In this document: piece after piece, positions 1 through 8,198 of the stretch
Position numbering within the stretch: position 1 is the first letter of the stretch
Layout: each line of letters begins with the position of its first letter
DNA from: a virus
Reading direction: 5' to 3' (one strand)
Length of the DNA: 64,000 nt
Virus record (IMG/VR): IMGVR_UViG_3300042891_002337
Span: 11,599-75,598 of that record
Program-made: the position numbers and the translations under genes
Notes under the pieces: model-generated
Seen by the model: the letters and a program-made list of their open reading frames with translations, nothing else
Databases searched by the model: none
What the model was told of the DNA's origin: nothing

Positions 1-107
1 AAGCTTTCTGAGCTTCCGGAAAGTCTCTCAAGAAAACCGTCAGATGCTAAAATCTGTCCGTCCGCCTGGTTCAGGTAATCTGAACGATGCTTGCTTGAAA
101 AGCTCAT
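1..107 (-). CDS. possible 5' part of a gene running off the left edge (MSFSSKHRSDYLNQADGQ...)
   Basis: ATG at 107, frame open to position 1; overlaps the end of the upstream gene; too short to assess. Confidence 0.3.
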   Translation of the reverse strand, partial: MSFSSKHRSDYLNQADGQILASDGFLERLSGSSES

Positions 108-450
108 CTACTTGTCTCGCATAATCTAAATCTATTCTAGTAACTCTATTGAGGTCCTTTGTATAGATCTCAACTGAAACTTGATCGTGGTCTATGATGT
201 GCATTCCATGATGTTGGATGCTATCCTCATAGTCTAGCAACAAAGAAACAAACTGGGATAGTGAAGACCTGTCAATAAAAGTGAACACCCTTCTAATTCT
301 CTCTGGGTCTTTGAGCCTTTCCCAGCCTGACTTCGTTGGAATTACAGGCAGACTAAAGCTTTCCTCAATCCTTGGTGGTAGGTCAAGGGTCCTTCGATGA
401 GATTGATTTTCTCTATCAAAGTACTCCTGCAATAGGGATGAGACTTTCAT
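40..450 (-). CDS. pterin-4-alpha-carbinolamine dehydratase (PCD/PhhB)-like protein with N-terminal extension
   Basis: W...IRRVFTF...F...HH(G)...VSVEIYT...VTRIDLDYARQVD follows the PCD pattern; ATG at 450 preceded by GAGGG. Confidence 0.7.
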   Translation of the reverse strand: MKVSSLLQEYFDRENQSHRRTLDLPPRIEESFSLPVIPTKSGWERLKDPERIRRVFTFIDRSSLSQFVSLLLDYEDSIQHHGMHIIDHDQVSVEIYTKDLNRVTRIDLDYARQVDELFKQASFRLPEPGGRTDFSI

Positions 451-455
451 GTCCC

Positions 456-797
456 TCACTCACTTTCAGCGTTGATGATCTTGTCGAGAAGATTGTTGAA
501 TGACCTGTAGAATTCAGCAACCTTTTCTTGTGGGACCGCCTCACCAAGGATTGCGAGCGCCTTTCCAAGCTCCTTTGGATTTGCTGGAACGAATTCGTCG
601 TCCTCCACAGGTGGCCTCTGTTGAGAAAGCTGATTTGCAACATCTCCTGCCGGAGATATCGGTAAGCTTGATGGAAGGCCTGGTGCCTGTTTGTCATCAC
701 GACCTGACCTTCCACTTGTCTCGTCAGAGATTCCAAGAGCTTCTCTAACCAGTTTTCTGATTTCTCCAGGTGTCGTCACGACTTTCATGTTCTTCAT
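456..797 (-). CDS. hypothetical late protein (possible capsid-internal)
   Basis: 113-aa ORF in the operon; N-terminal EIRKLVREAL motif; CTATTTA motif at 821-827. Confidence 0.65.
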   Translation of the reverse strand: MKNMKVVTTPGEIRKLVREALGISDETSGRSGRDDKQAPGLPSSLPISPAGDVANQLSQQRPPVEDDEFVPANPKELGKALAILGEAVPQEKVAEFYRSFNNLLDKIINAESE

Positions 798-843
798 TGA
801 GCACGCTCTCTTTCAAATGTTAAATAGTAGACTTCAAGCAAAG

Positions 844-1047
844 TCAATTGAACGTGTCATCAGCTTTGTGAGGAACTCTCACAACATGTGTCACTTTGTG
901 ACGATCAAGGTCATCAGCAACCTTTTTGAAGGTTTCGACAACTCCATTGATGGCATTCGTAAGCTTTATGATGTCTTCCCTCTTGACATTGCCTGGCCTT
1001 CTTTCAAAGAATTGCGTCACGATGAAGTCAAGTAGAAGCATTTCCAA
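844..1047 (-). CDS. hypothetical protein
   Basis: 67-aa ORF filling the gap in a minus-strand operon. Confidence 0.5.
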   Translation of the reverse strand: MEMLLLDFIVTQFFERRPGNVKREDIIKLTNAINGVVETFKKVADDLDRHKVTHVVRVPHKADDTFN

Positions 1048-1297
1048 GCTCCTCTATAATCTTGTAAAGAGCGTCCTGCTCATTGTTGGACAGTCTACGA
1101 ATTTTCTTCGTCTTCTTTCCTGTCTCAAGGTCATTCACAATCTTGAGTGCTGTCTCATCACCGTCCAAAAACTTGCAAACAAATGTCTCTACCACTTCCT
1201 GCATTGTCAGTCCCCTCTTTGCACACTCTACTTTGAGGTGACTGTGAATATCGTCGAGGAGATGTATGTGAACCGGTTTCCTTGCTACTTCCTTCAT
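1028..1297 (-). CDS. ribbon-helix-helix (ParG/CopG-like) DNA-binding protein
   Basis: KPVHIHLLDDIHSHLKVECAKRGLTMQEVVETFV: alternating beta-strand, helix, GxTM turn, helix. Confidence 0.6.
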   Translation of the reverse strand: MKEVARKPVHIHLLDDIHSHLKVECAKRGLTMQEVVETFVCKFLDGDETALKIVNDLETGKKTKKIRRLSNNEQDALYKIIEELGNAST

Positions 1298-1779
1298 GCA
1301 CCACCTGCTGCCGAGGCAGAGGCCCCAACAGCAAGCGTCGGCTCAGGCGGAAGGTCGCTCTTTGGAGCGTCAGCCGTTATGCCATAGTTCGTTTCGAGGC
1401 TCTGCTTAACCTTATCAAGAGTGCCCTGATCGTATCTCTTGAGAATGAACTTCTCCATTCTCTTTATGATCTTGCCCTTCAGATCAATAAGAGTATCTGC
1501 GTTCATCACAATTCGAGCTACTTCATTTGAGAAAGCCTCAGGGTCGAGGGGAGGAACTTTTTCAACCTCAGCTTCAACAAGGAATCTCAATGAGCCCCTG
1601 CGTAAAGACTCGCCCATTGAGATGCTTGCCTGCTTCTTGCCTGATTGAACTGCAGATCTCTCAGCTTTTGTAAGCATCTGTTCGATCTGGTTGTCTATGC
1701 TGGATTCGTCTGGTGAACTTTCAGCATCCTTGCTCTCGTCTGCCTCTCTCAGGAAGTACCTGATGTGCGGGGCTTTCAT
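1294..1779 (-). CDS. hypothetical late protein
   Basis: 161-aa ORF with ATGA overlaps at both ends; N-terminal IRYFLREA motif. Confidence 0.7.
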   Translation of the reverse strand: MKAPHIRYFLREADESKDAESSPDESSIDNQIEQMLTKAERSAVQSGKKQASISMGESLRRGSLRFLVEAEVEKVPPLDPEAFSNEVARIVMNADTLIDLKGKIIKRMEKFILKRYDQGTLDKVKQSLETNYGITADAPKSDLPPEPTLAVGASASAAGGA

Positions 1780-2477
1780 GACATCACCTTGATCATCTTG
1801 TCAATTTTCTCGAACCTTTCATCTATCCTTGTCCACCTGAGTTCTCTCATCATTGCGAAGACATAGGACTTTCGATCCTTCAAGAAGTCGCTGTAATATG
1901 AGTGTTCCCATGCATCAACGACTATCACTGGGTGACATCCGAACGGAACATTCAGGCAATGAAGGTCAACTACAACATTGATGTACCTCTTCAGGAATGT
2001 ATTGTAACAAGTTACTGCCCATCCATTCCTTGCCGACAGCGCGCACGCAATGAAGTCCTTCTGCCAGGCATCAAATGTTCCAAAGTCTCGCTCCAGTCTC
2101 ATGAAAGCGAGAGAATCCATTGTGATTTTTGAGCTGACATCACCGATGTTTTCAAAGAACATCCCATGAAGGAAAGCAGCGTTGAGATTGTGAGACTCAT
2201 CAAGCTTCAAATTCCTGAACTGGCTGTTGTTTGGATTGGCACCGTCACGATCTGCCGTGTCAAGCTCAGCAGAAACCCTGTTCAGTGCCTCAACATACCC
2301 AGCAAGAAGCTCCTGATGAGCTTTCTTGTTCTCTTCTGAGAGTGATTCTGTCTTAATGTCAAAGGTCTTGGTAGCTACAGAATATGCCTCTTGGAGCTTC
2401 CTTACAGGCTCATTCTTTTGTTTTGCTTCGGCGACGGCTTGGGCCACCAGCTTGTTTATGATGTTTCCCTTCATCAC
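1776..2477 (-). CDS. sod: Fe/Mn superoxide dismutase with N-terminal extension
   Basis: metal-ligand motifs AH...GY, FLHGMFF, DAWEHSYY; FGTFDAW...GW. Confidence 0.9.
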   Translation of the reverse strand: MMKGNIINKLVAQAVAEAKQKNEPVRKLQEAYSVATKTFDIKTESLSEENKKAHQELLAGYVEALNRVSAELDTADRDGANPNNSQFRNLKLDESHNLNAAFLHGMFFENIGDVSSKITMDSLAFMRLERDFGTFDAWQKDFIACALSARNGWAVTCYNTFLKRYINVVVDLHCLNVPFGCHPVIVVDAWEHSYYSDFLKDRKSYVFAMMRELRWTRIDERFEKIDKMIKVMS

Positions 2478-2920
2478 GCCTCCTCATAATCTTTTTCAAA
2501 TTCTTTCTGATCAATCACAAAGATGACCTCACCAGATTCCTTTGGTTCCTTTGAAGCCTTTGGGTAAGCCTTCTTACCGACATCCTTCATGTCCTCGGTT
2601 TCCTCGTCCTCATCAGATTCAGCTTGAAATTGCTGAACGGCAGGCTTGGTCGTTATGGGACCTGCTTCGGGTGGAGGCTTCACACGTGGCGTCTCGGGGG
2701 AACGAAGTGTCACCTTTGCAGATCCATTCTTACCATCAACGCTATCAATAGTGTAAATGAACCCTGATGGTTTGTGCTTGACCTTTAGGTCCTTGTCGAT
2801 CACTAGAACCCCTCTAGAGTCAAAGAGGTCGACCTCGTTGATGGCTGTCTTGATGCTTCTCTCGTACTCCTCTTTCATGAGGAGTCTTATCTCACGACTA
2901 CCAAACTTCTTTGTTTTCAT
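2474..2920 (-). CDS. hypothetical late protein
   Basis: ORF; probable start MKTKKF at 2920 overlapping the upstream stop; EIRLLMKEE motif. Confidence 0.65.
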   Translation of the reverse strand: MKTKKFGSREIRLLMKEEYERSIKTAINEVDLFDSRGVLVIDKDLKVKHKPSGFIYTIDSVDGKNGSAKVTLRSPETPRVKPPPEAGPITTKPAVQQFQAESDEDEETEDMKDVGKKAYPKASKEPKESGEVIFVIDQKEFEKDYEEA

Positions 2921-4872
2921 AGGATCCCCGCAAGCTTTTGCCATCTTTCGACAATCACCAATTCTTTTGAGTCAACACTTTCAAGTTTCATGCCCTTGAT
3001 GGATTCCTGAGAGTCTTTGATAGCTGCTACCAAAGCGGCTCTATTAGTCTTACCGCCCTTGCCTGATGCGTAACTGTCAAGTACTGTCTTCAACTTCATG
3101 AGAGATGCTTTGATCTTCTCACCGGAAGGGTCAAGCTTCTTCTTAATGCTTGCGTCTGAGTTGAACAGGATTGAGCTCAATGACTTTCCTCCTGCCTCAG
3201 GAGCTCCTTCTTCTGAGCTTCCCTTCTCACTTGCAAGCTTTTCAAGACCCATCGCTTTCCAAGACTTCGGATTATCAATTCCTCCGTATTTTTCAAGCTT
3301 CGCAAATGCTGCACTGTAAGTCTTTTCATCAGAACCAGCTTCCTCAAGGCCCTTAATGAATTCATTCTGAATTGCACTTTGGCTCTTGTCAGCAGGGGCA
3401 TCAATAAAGTCGCGCATGAGCTCTTCAAGCTTGTCTAGCGGAACTCCAAAGTCGATCTCAACCTTCGGGGCAGACTTCTTTATGGACTTCAGGGTCGAGT
3501 CAAGGTCTTCCCACCCATTTTCATAATCCTTCGCAAGTGTCTCAAAAGCAATTCGAGTCTTCTCACCAAGCTTGCCCATTGAAGCAAAGTCATTCGACTT
3601 TTCTATCTTGTCAAGAAGTGTCTCAGCAATAGTCGCGTCCTTGTCTGGCATCTCACCGGACTCGGTCTTGTACTTTATCATTGACTTGAGGTCTTTGATT
3701 CTCTTCTTTGCTTCGACGAACGCTTCCTCAGACTTTTCAGGTGTAAGAGCGCCACCGCTCTCCTTTCCAGCGCCAGCTTCCTTTGCATCCTCAAGGGTGG
3801 CATCAAGGTCTTCGAATTTATTCGCTGCAACCTTCAATATCGGGTCATCAAGGACCTGCTGTCCCTTGGGACCGAGATTGTTGACAAGGTTTTCATACGT
3901 CTCTTTCGGATTTCCAGTGAATTGACCAAGGACCTTCATGGCGATCGAGTATGTGTTCTTTTCGATCTCTCCATTGTCAAGCATAAACTTAAAGGCAGCC
4001 TTGTAGTCATCTACCCGCTTGGACGCAAGATCTACAAGCTTCTTTTTCTTATCATCAAGTACTAGCTTGCCTTCTTCAGCGGCCTCAGCAGGTGTTTCTT
4101 GACCCTGTTCCTGCGCACTCTTTGCAATGTTGGGGTCGATTTTAGGACTTGATACAACTGTCCCCTGTATGTCTCTCTGTCCTGCAAAGTTCCTGTCAGT
4201 AGCTATAGCAAGCGCTTTCTCTGGGTCCTCTCCTATGGAAAGAATTGCAGTACGCCAATTAGGATAAAGTCCTGACAGTCTGTCTTCAAGGCCCTTCCTG
4301 CCTTCCTTGAACTTTTCAATAGCCCTCTGTAGGAATGGAAGTTTGGATATCTTGTTCGATATTACAGCCTGTGAGTCTTTGATTGCCTTTTGAAAGATAT
4401 CAGTAAACTTGATATCGCTGGCTTTTTGACCCGCCTTGATTTTCGCCTGAGCTGCGACCGCATACCTGTCAACGCTCATCACGATAAGGGCATGAAGCTC
4501 TTCAGCAGTCTTGAAGTCACTAAGTGCCTCTGGTGTGTCAGGATCCTGAACGTGATCCGACACCTTTTTAGTGATTTCATTGAACATTGTTTGCATTTTC
4601 TCAGGCATTGCCTTAACGCTCTTGAAGCCGTTGAATGCATCAAGGGTTGCGTCCATTGCCTTCGGCATCATTCCTGCAAGCTGCTTGTCTTCTTTCGCTT
4701 GAGGAGCACCTTCGCCACCCTCAGTGCCCTCTTCCTCTGCGTCAGCTTCAAGCATGTCCAGACCAGACTCAAGGAGGAATCCCATGGAGCCCTCGAAAAG
4801 CGACCTGTTGATGTTCCTGGCAGCACGGATGCGCCGCTGTTGTTCAAGTAGATAGTTCAGTCCGACACTCAT
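2917..4872 (-). CDS. large helical K/E/A-rich protein, probable capsid-internal protein
   Basis: ~651-aa ORF; late motif ATAGTTA 5 nt before ATG 4872; C-terminal ERWQKLAGIL resembles the scaffold C-terminus. Confidence 0.75.
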   Translation of the reverse strand: MSVGLNYLLEQQRRIRAARNINRSLFEGSMGFLLESGLDMLEADAEEEGTEGGEGAPQAKEDKQLAGMMPKAMDATLDAFNGFKSVKAMPEKMQTMFNEITKKVSDHVQDPDTPEALSDFKTAEELHALIVMSVDRYAVAAQAKIKAGQKASDIKFTDIFQKAIKDSQAVISNKISKLPFLQRAIEKFKEGRKGLEDRLSGLYPNWRTAILSIGEDPEKALAIATDRNFAGQRDIQGTVVSSPKIDPNIAKSAQEQGQETPAEAAEEGKLVLDDKKKKLVDLASKRVDDYKAAFKFMLDNGEIEKNTYSIAMKVLGQFTGNPKETYENLVNNLGPKGQQVLDDPILKVAANKFEDLDATLEDAKEAGAGKESGGALTPEKSEEAFVEAKKRIKDLKSMIKYKTESGEMPDKDATIAETLLDKIEKSNDFASMGKLGEKTRIAFETLAKDYENGWEDLDSTLKSIKKSAPKVEIDFGVPLDKLEELMRDFIDAPADKSQSAIQNEFIKGLEEAGSDEKTYSAAFAKLEKYGGIDNPKSWKAMGLEKLASEKGSSEEGAPEAGGKSLSSILFNSDASIKKKLDPSGEKIKASLMKLKTVLDSYASGKGGKTNRAALVAAIKDSQESIKGMKLESVDSKELVIVERWQKLAGIL

Positions 4873-4877
4873 GGAAC

Positions 4878-4884
4878 TAACTAT
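4878..4884 (-). promoter_or_regulatory. late promoter motif ATAGTTA (representative copy)
   Basis: identical copies upstream of genes at 32494, 33762, 48231, 59205, 60299, 60908; variants at 821, 17671, 20424, 42150, 47964, 49973, 52968, 56101. Confidence 0.7.
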
Positions 4885-4898
4885 CACTCACCGGCACG

Positions 4899-5360
4899 TT
4901 ATTGCGACTGTCGAACGACAATGCCTGACTGTTTCAGGACTTCAATTCCTGATTCATCGCGGTACTTCTTGTTATAGACAACCTCTCGAATTCCTCCGTT
5001 CACGATTGCCTTTGCGCAAAGCTTGCAAGGAGAGACCGTGAGGTACATCTTCTTTGGCTTTGGATGATTGAAGTCACACTTGATGAGGGCATTGATCTCT
5101 GCATGAATGAATCCTGATTGTCCTGGCTCATGAGACTCAACTTCGTTGGGACCGCCCTTGTGGTCTCCGTTGTATCCAACAGCGAGGACCTGAGTGTTGT
5201 CTTCAGTCACAATCACGGCGCCCACTTGGGTACGCGGATCGAGGGATCGACCTGATATGATCCTCGCCATTTCAATCCACACCTGGTCCCAGGTTGGCCT
5301 CTCGGATTCACTCGGATTCTTCAGGTGATCAACAAAATCGCTGTGTGTGGTAACCATCAT
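4899..5360 (-). CDS. dCMP deaminase (ComEB-like); start uncertain (5360 or 5387)
   Basis: RPTWD...VGAVIV...GYNG...HAEINA...SPCKLC zinc deaminase motifs. Confidence 0.92.
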   Translation of the reverse strand: MMVTTHSDFVDHLKNPSESERPTWDQVWIEMARIISGRSLDPRTQVGAVIVTEDNTQVLAVGYNGDHKGGPNEVESHEPGQSGFIHAEINALIKCDFNHPKPKKMYLTVSPCKLCAKAIVNGGIREVVYNKKYRDESGIEVLKQSGIVVRQSQ

Positions 5361-5373
5361 CAAGTTTCTCGAT

Positions 5374-6219
5374 TCATCCTGTTGCATCTGGTTCAAATAG
5401 GGTCTCAATGCTGGCTCCCGGTGGAAGGGCAAATCCGGCTGCCTTGCGATGGCCGCCACCTCCGAACTTCTTAGCAACCTCACTCACGTCAGAATCCTCA
5501 TGGTGTGCCCTGAGGCTCACCTTCACCTGTCGGGTCTCATGGTCGTAGTACCAGATCACGGCGAAGTCGCACTTGGGTGAGAGGGCATTTCCAATCTCTG
5601 ACATCCAGTGGGAAGAGTTCACAACCAGGACGTCCTTGCCTCCCATCTTTCTGGGAGATGCATGCTTGGAGATCTTTGAGATTACTGTCTTGGAATAGGC
5701 GAGAATGTAGGCTCCCCTCTCCTGAGCATTGTCCACCTCAGAATCGTCGAGGTACTTGTCGAACTCCTCGAAGTCGAACTTCACCATGTCGAATGCTGCA
5801 GAGAACTCCTTGGAGTAGGGGATCTCCCACTTCCAGAGGTCACGGTCTTCAATGAACTTGATGAGACGAGGTGCTTCCTTACCGGGATGGAAGAACTTCC
5901 AAGCCAGCATCGCCCCGCTGTGGTTCATGTCGAACCTGGTGCAGGAGACATCATGAAGCTCAACCATCGCTGACTTGTGGTGGTCGATGATGAGGAAGTT
6001 CTTGGCCTCCTTCATCAAGCGCTTTGTGGTGGCATTGTCGTACGAGAAGTCAAGTACAACAACATTCTTTCCCATCACATCAGGAGGTGTCTCACCGTAC
6101 TTTGCTGCGTGGTATGTTGCCCTGTCACCGAGGAGCTTCCATGCTGAGTATGCCGCTCCGAATCCGTCTGTGCATGCCGCGTGATAGATAACGAGATCTA
6201 CGCTATGGGGGTCCAACAT
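5374..6219 (-). CDS. DHH/DHHA1 family phosphoesterase (NrnB-like nano-RNase)
   Basis: YH..C.DG, LDFS, IDHH, SGA, DRDLW, SLR, GGGGHRKAAG. Confidence 0.9.
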   Translation of the reverse strand: MLDPHSVDLVIYHAACTDGFGAAYSAWKLLGDRATYHAAKYGETPPDVMGKNVVVLDFSYDNATTKRLMKEAKNFLIIDHHKSAMVELHDVSCTRFDMNHSGAMLAWKFFHPGKEAPRLIKFIEDRDLWKWEIPYSKEFSAAFDMVKFDFEEFDKYLDDSEVDNAQERGAYILAYSKTVISKISKHASPRKMGGKDVLVVNSSHWMSEIGNALSPKCDFAVIWYYDHETRQVKVSLRAHHEDSDVSEVAKKFGGGGHRKAAGFALPPGASIETLFEPDATG

Positions 6220-6240
6220 GTTCTCCGTGGATGCTGGTGT

Positions 6241-6816
6241 TCAGTTCATCGTTTCAGCAACGACAGGATGACAGTTCCAACACATCGGCTCATAACTATC
6301 AGCGCCTCCGACTGAGATCTCTTCCAGTGAGGGAACTCGACGATGCGTGAGAGCAGCATCCTCACCACACATCATGCAAACAGCAGTGCACTTCTCAATT
6401 CGAGTTGCGAAGGGCATCATCCTCTCGATCTCACCGAATGACTTCAGGTTTGCCGAGAGTTCGATGGATGACACGTAGACTGAGATTCCCATACGGAACA
6501 CTTCAACGAGTGCATCGGCACAGCCCTCGATCATGAATGCCTCATCGACTGCCACGACTCCGGGCTTGCGATCACGGACATGTTGAAGTATCTGGCTGCC
6601 TGTGCTCACAGGGACGGCGTCCATCCTTGAGCCGGAATGCGTGACAATTGAGCTGTCTGCATACCTGCCATCGATCTCTGGCTTGAAACAGAGGACCTCC
6701 GTACGTCGAATCCTGTGCCTTTCGACCGCCGCCGTGAGCCGGGTGGTCTTTCCTGACCACATCGGCCCTGTGTAGATTACGAACTCCCTTACCTTATTTC
6801 GCTCGACCATAGTCAT
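6241..6816 (-). CDS. tdk: thymidine kinase
   Basis: GPMWSGKTT, VDEA, CxxC...VGGADSYEPMCWNC. Confidence 0.93.
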   Translation of the reverse strand: MTMVERNKVREFVIYTGPMWSGKTTRLTAAVERHRIRRTEVLCFKPEIDGRYADSSIVTHSGSRMDAVPVSTGSQILQHVRDRKPGVVAVDEAFMIEGCADALVEVFRMGISVYVSSIELSANLKSFGEIERMMPFATRIEKCTAVCMMCGEDAALTHRRVPSLEEISVGGADSYEPMCWNCHPVVAETMN

Positions 6817-7192
6817 CCTCCAGCCTCACAGGACAATTGTCATTCCTGTCGCCGATCTCAATTATGACGCTCTCTTCTAGAGCCTCAATCCTGTATGGAC
6901 ATTCTGATTGTACATTAAGGACTTCACCAGGTACAAGGACTTTTGTACTATAAGGATACTTTTCTTCATTTTCTAGGGTCCGAGAATTCCCGTATGTGAC
7001 CCTCACACGACCCTTAAGCACAAAGAAGACTTCGTTCTTGACCTTGTGGTACTTGAGACTTGTCCTGTGACCCTCATAGATTGTGATCTGCTTTCCATGA
7101 ACTATCGAATTCGTGTGCCAGTGCCATGTGTATCCCCATGGCTTTTCTTCCTTCACCGACTGTGAAGGCCATGCTTCCTTTGGAGCAGCCAT
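6794..7192 (-). CDS. cupin, mannose-6-phosphate isomerase type II C-terminal-like
   Basis: EKPWG...SLKYHKVKNEVFFVLKG...VRLEDDYGR. Confidence 0.8.
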   Translation of the reverse strand: MAAPKEAWPSQSVKEEKPWGYTWHWHTNSIVHGKQITIYEGHRTSLKYHKVKNEVFFVLKGRVRVTYGNSRTLENEEKYPYSTKVLVPGEVLNVQSECPYRIEALEESVIIEIGDRNDNCPVRLEDDYGRAK

Positions 7193-8190
7193 CAGATCCC
7201 CCACCAATTCCAAGTTTGCTCAAGTCCGTCATGAATGTTGACCTGCGCCTTGAAGCCAAGCTCTCTCTTGGCTAGGCTAACGTTTGCCATTGTCTTTCTG
7301 ACGTCGCCCTGTCTCCTGGGCGCATGAACAACCTCAATGTTCGGAAACCTCTTCCTAAAGAAGTCCATGATCTGGTTGTTCGTGTATGAGACTGCAGTTC
7401 CGATATTGATGACCTCACCCCTGAAAGGTTCCTCTCTGGTGGCTGCAAGGATGTTCGCTCTCACTACATCACCGACAAAGACCATGTCCCTAGACTGCTC
7501 ACCGTCGCCGTCAGATCGAAGAGGCTTTCCCTTGTGGATTGCATTGCACCATGCGCTTATTGCAGTTGCGTAGGGTGAGTCTCCTCCCTGCCAGGGACCG
7601 TACACATTGAAGTACCTGAGACACACAACGTCGAGTCCATGAATCTCAGCAGCGACCTTTGCATACTGCTCAACATAAAGTTTCTGGATTCCGTATGGTG
7701 AGAGTGGGTTGGCCTCACATTTCTCTGAGGTCGGAATCTCTTTCGGGTCGCCGTAGATTGCGCAGCTGGATGAGAAGATCATCCTGACCTTGCTCTTACA
7801 GTCTCTTACAGCCTCAAACAGTGTGAGTGACCTTGTGCAATTCACATCAGTAGTTGCCGCAGGATTGTGAACTGAGTACTCTACCCTTGGGTTTGCCGCG
7901 AGATGAAAGACCGCATCGTAGAAACCCCTGCGGATTCGAGATAGAATGAACTCATCCTCGATATCACCTTGGACAACAACAACAGTATCATCAGTCCTAT
8001 TGTGTTCATGGGTGTCTTCGTACTGCTTTCCGAGGATTCCCATCAGGTTTCGAAGGTTCAGTCCGACAAGGTTTGACACATCACCTGTCGACAAGTCATC
8101 GACGACATCAACCCTGTGACCGCGGTCAACGAGAGACCTCACAAGGTTTGACCCAATGAAACCACAGCCACCAGTTACAAGCGCTCTCAT
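7192..8190 (-). CDS. NAD-dependent nucleotide-sugar epimerase/dehydratase (extended SDR)
   Basis: VTGGCGFIGS, FHLAA, SSSCAIYG, YGIQK (YxxxK), LRYFNVYGP, GDGEQSRD. Confidence 0.93.
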   Translation of the reverse strand: MRALVTGGCGFIGSNLVRSLVDRGHRVDVVDDLSTGDVSNLVGLNLRNLMGILGKQYEDTHEHNRTDDTVVVVQGDIEDEFILSRIRRGFYDAVFHLAANPRVEYSVHNPAATTDVNCTRSLTLFEAVRDCKSKVRMIFSSSCAIYGDPKEIPTSEKCEANPLSPYGIQKLYVEQYAKVAAEIHGLDVVCLRYFNVYGPWQGGDSPYATAISAWCNAIHKGKPLRSDGDGEQSRDMVFVGDVVRANILAATREEPFRGEVINIGTAVSYTNNQIMDFFRKRFPNIEVVHAPRRQGDVRKTMANVSLAKRELGFKAQVNIHDGLEQTWNWWGI

Positions 8191-8198
8191 GTTCTCCT

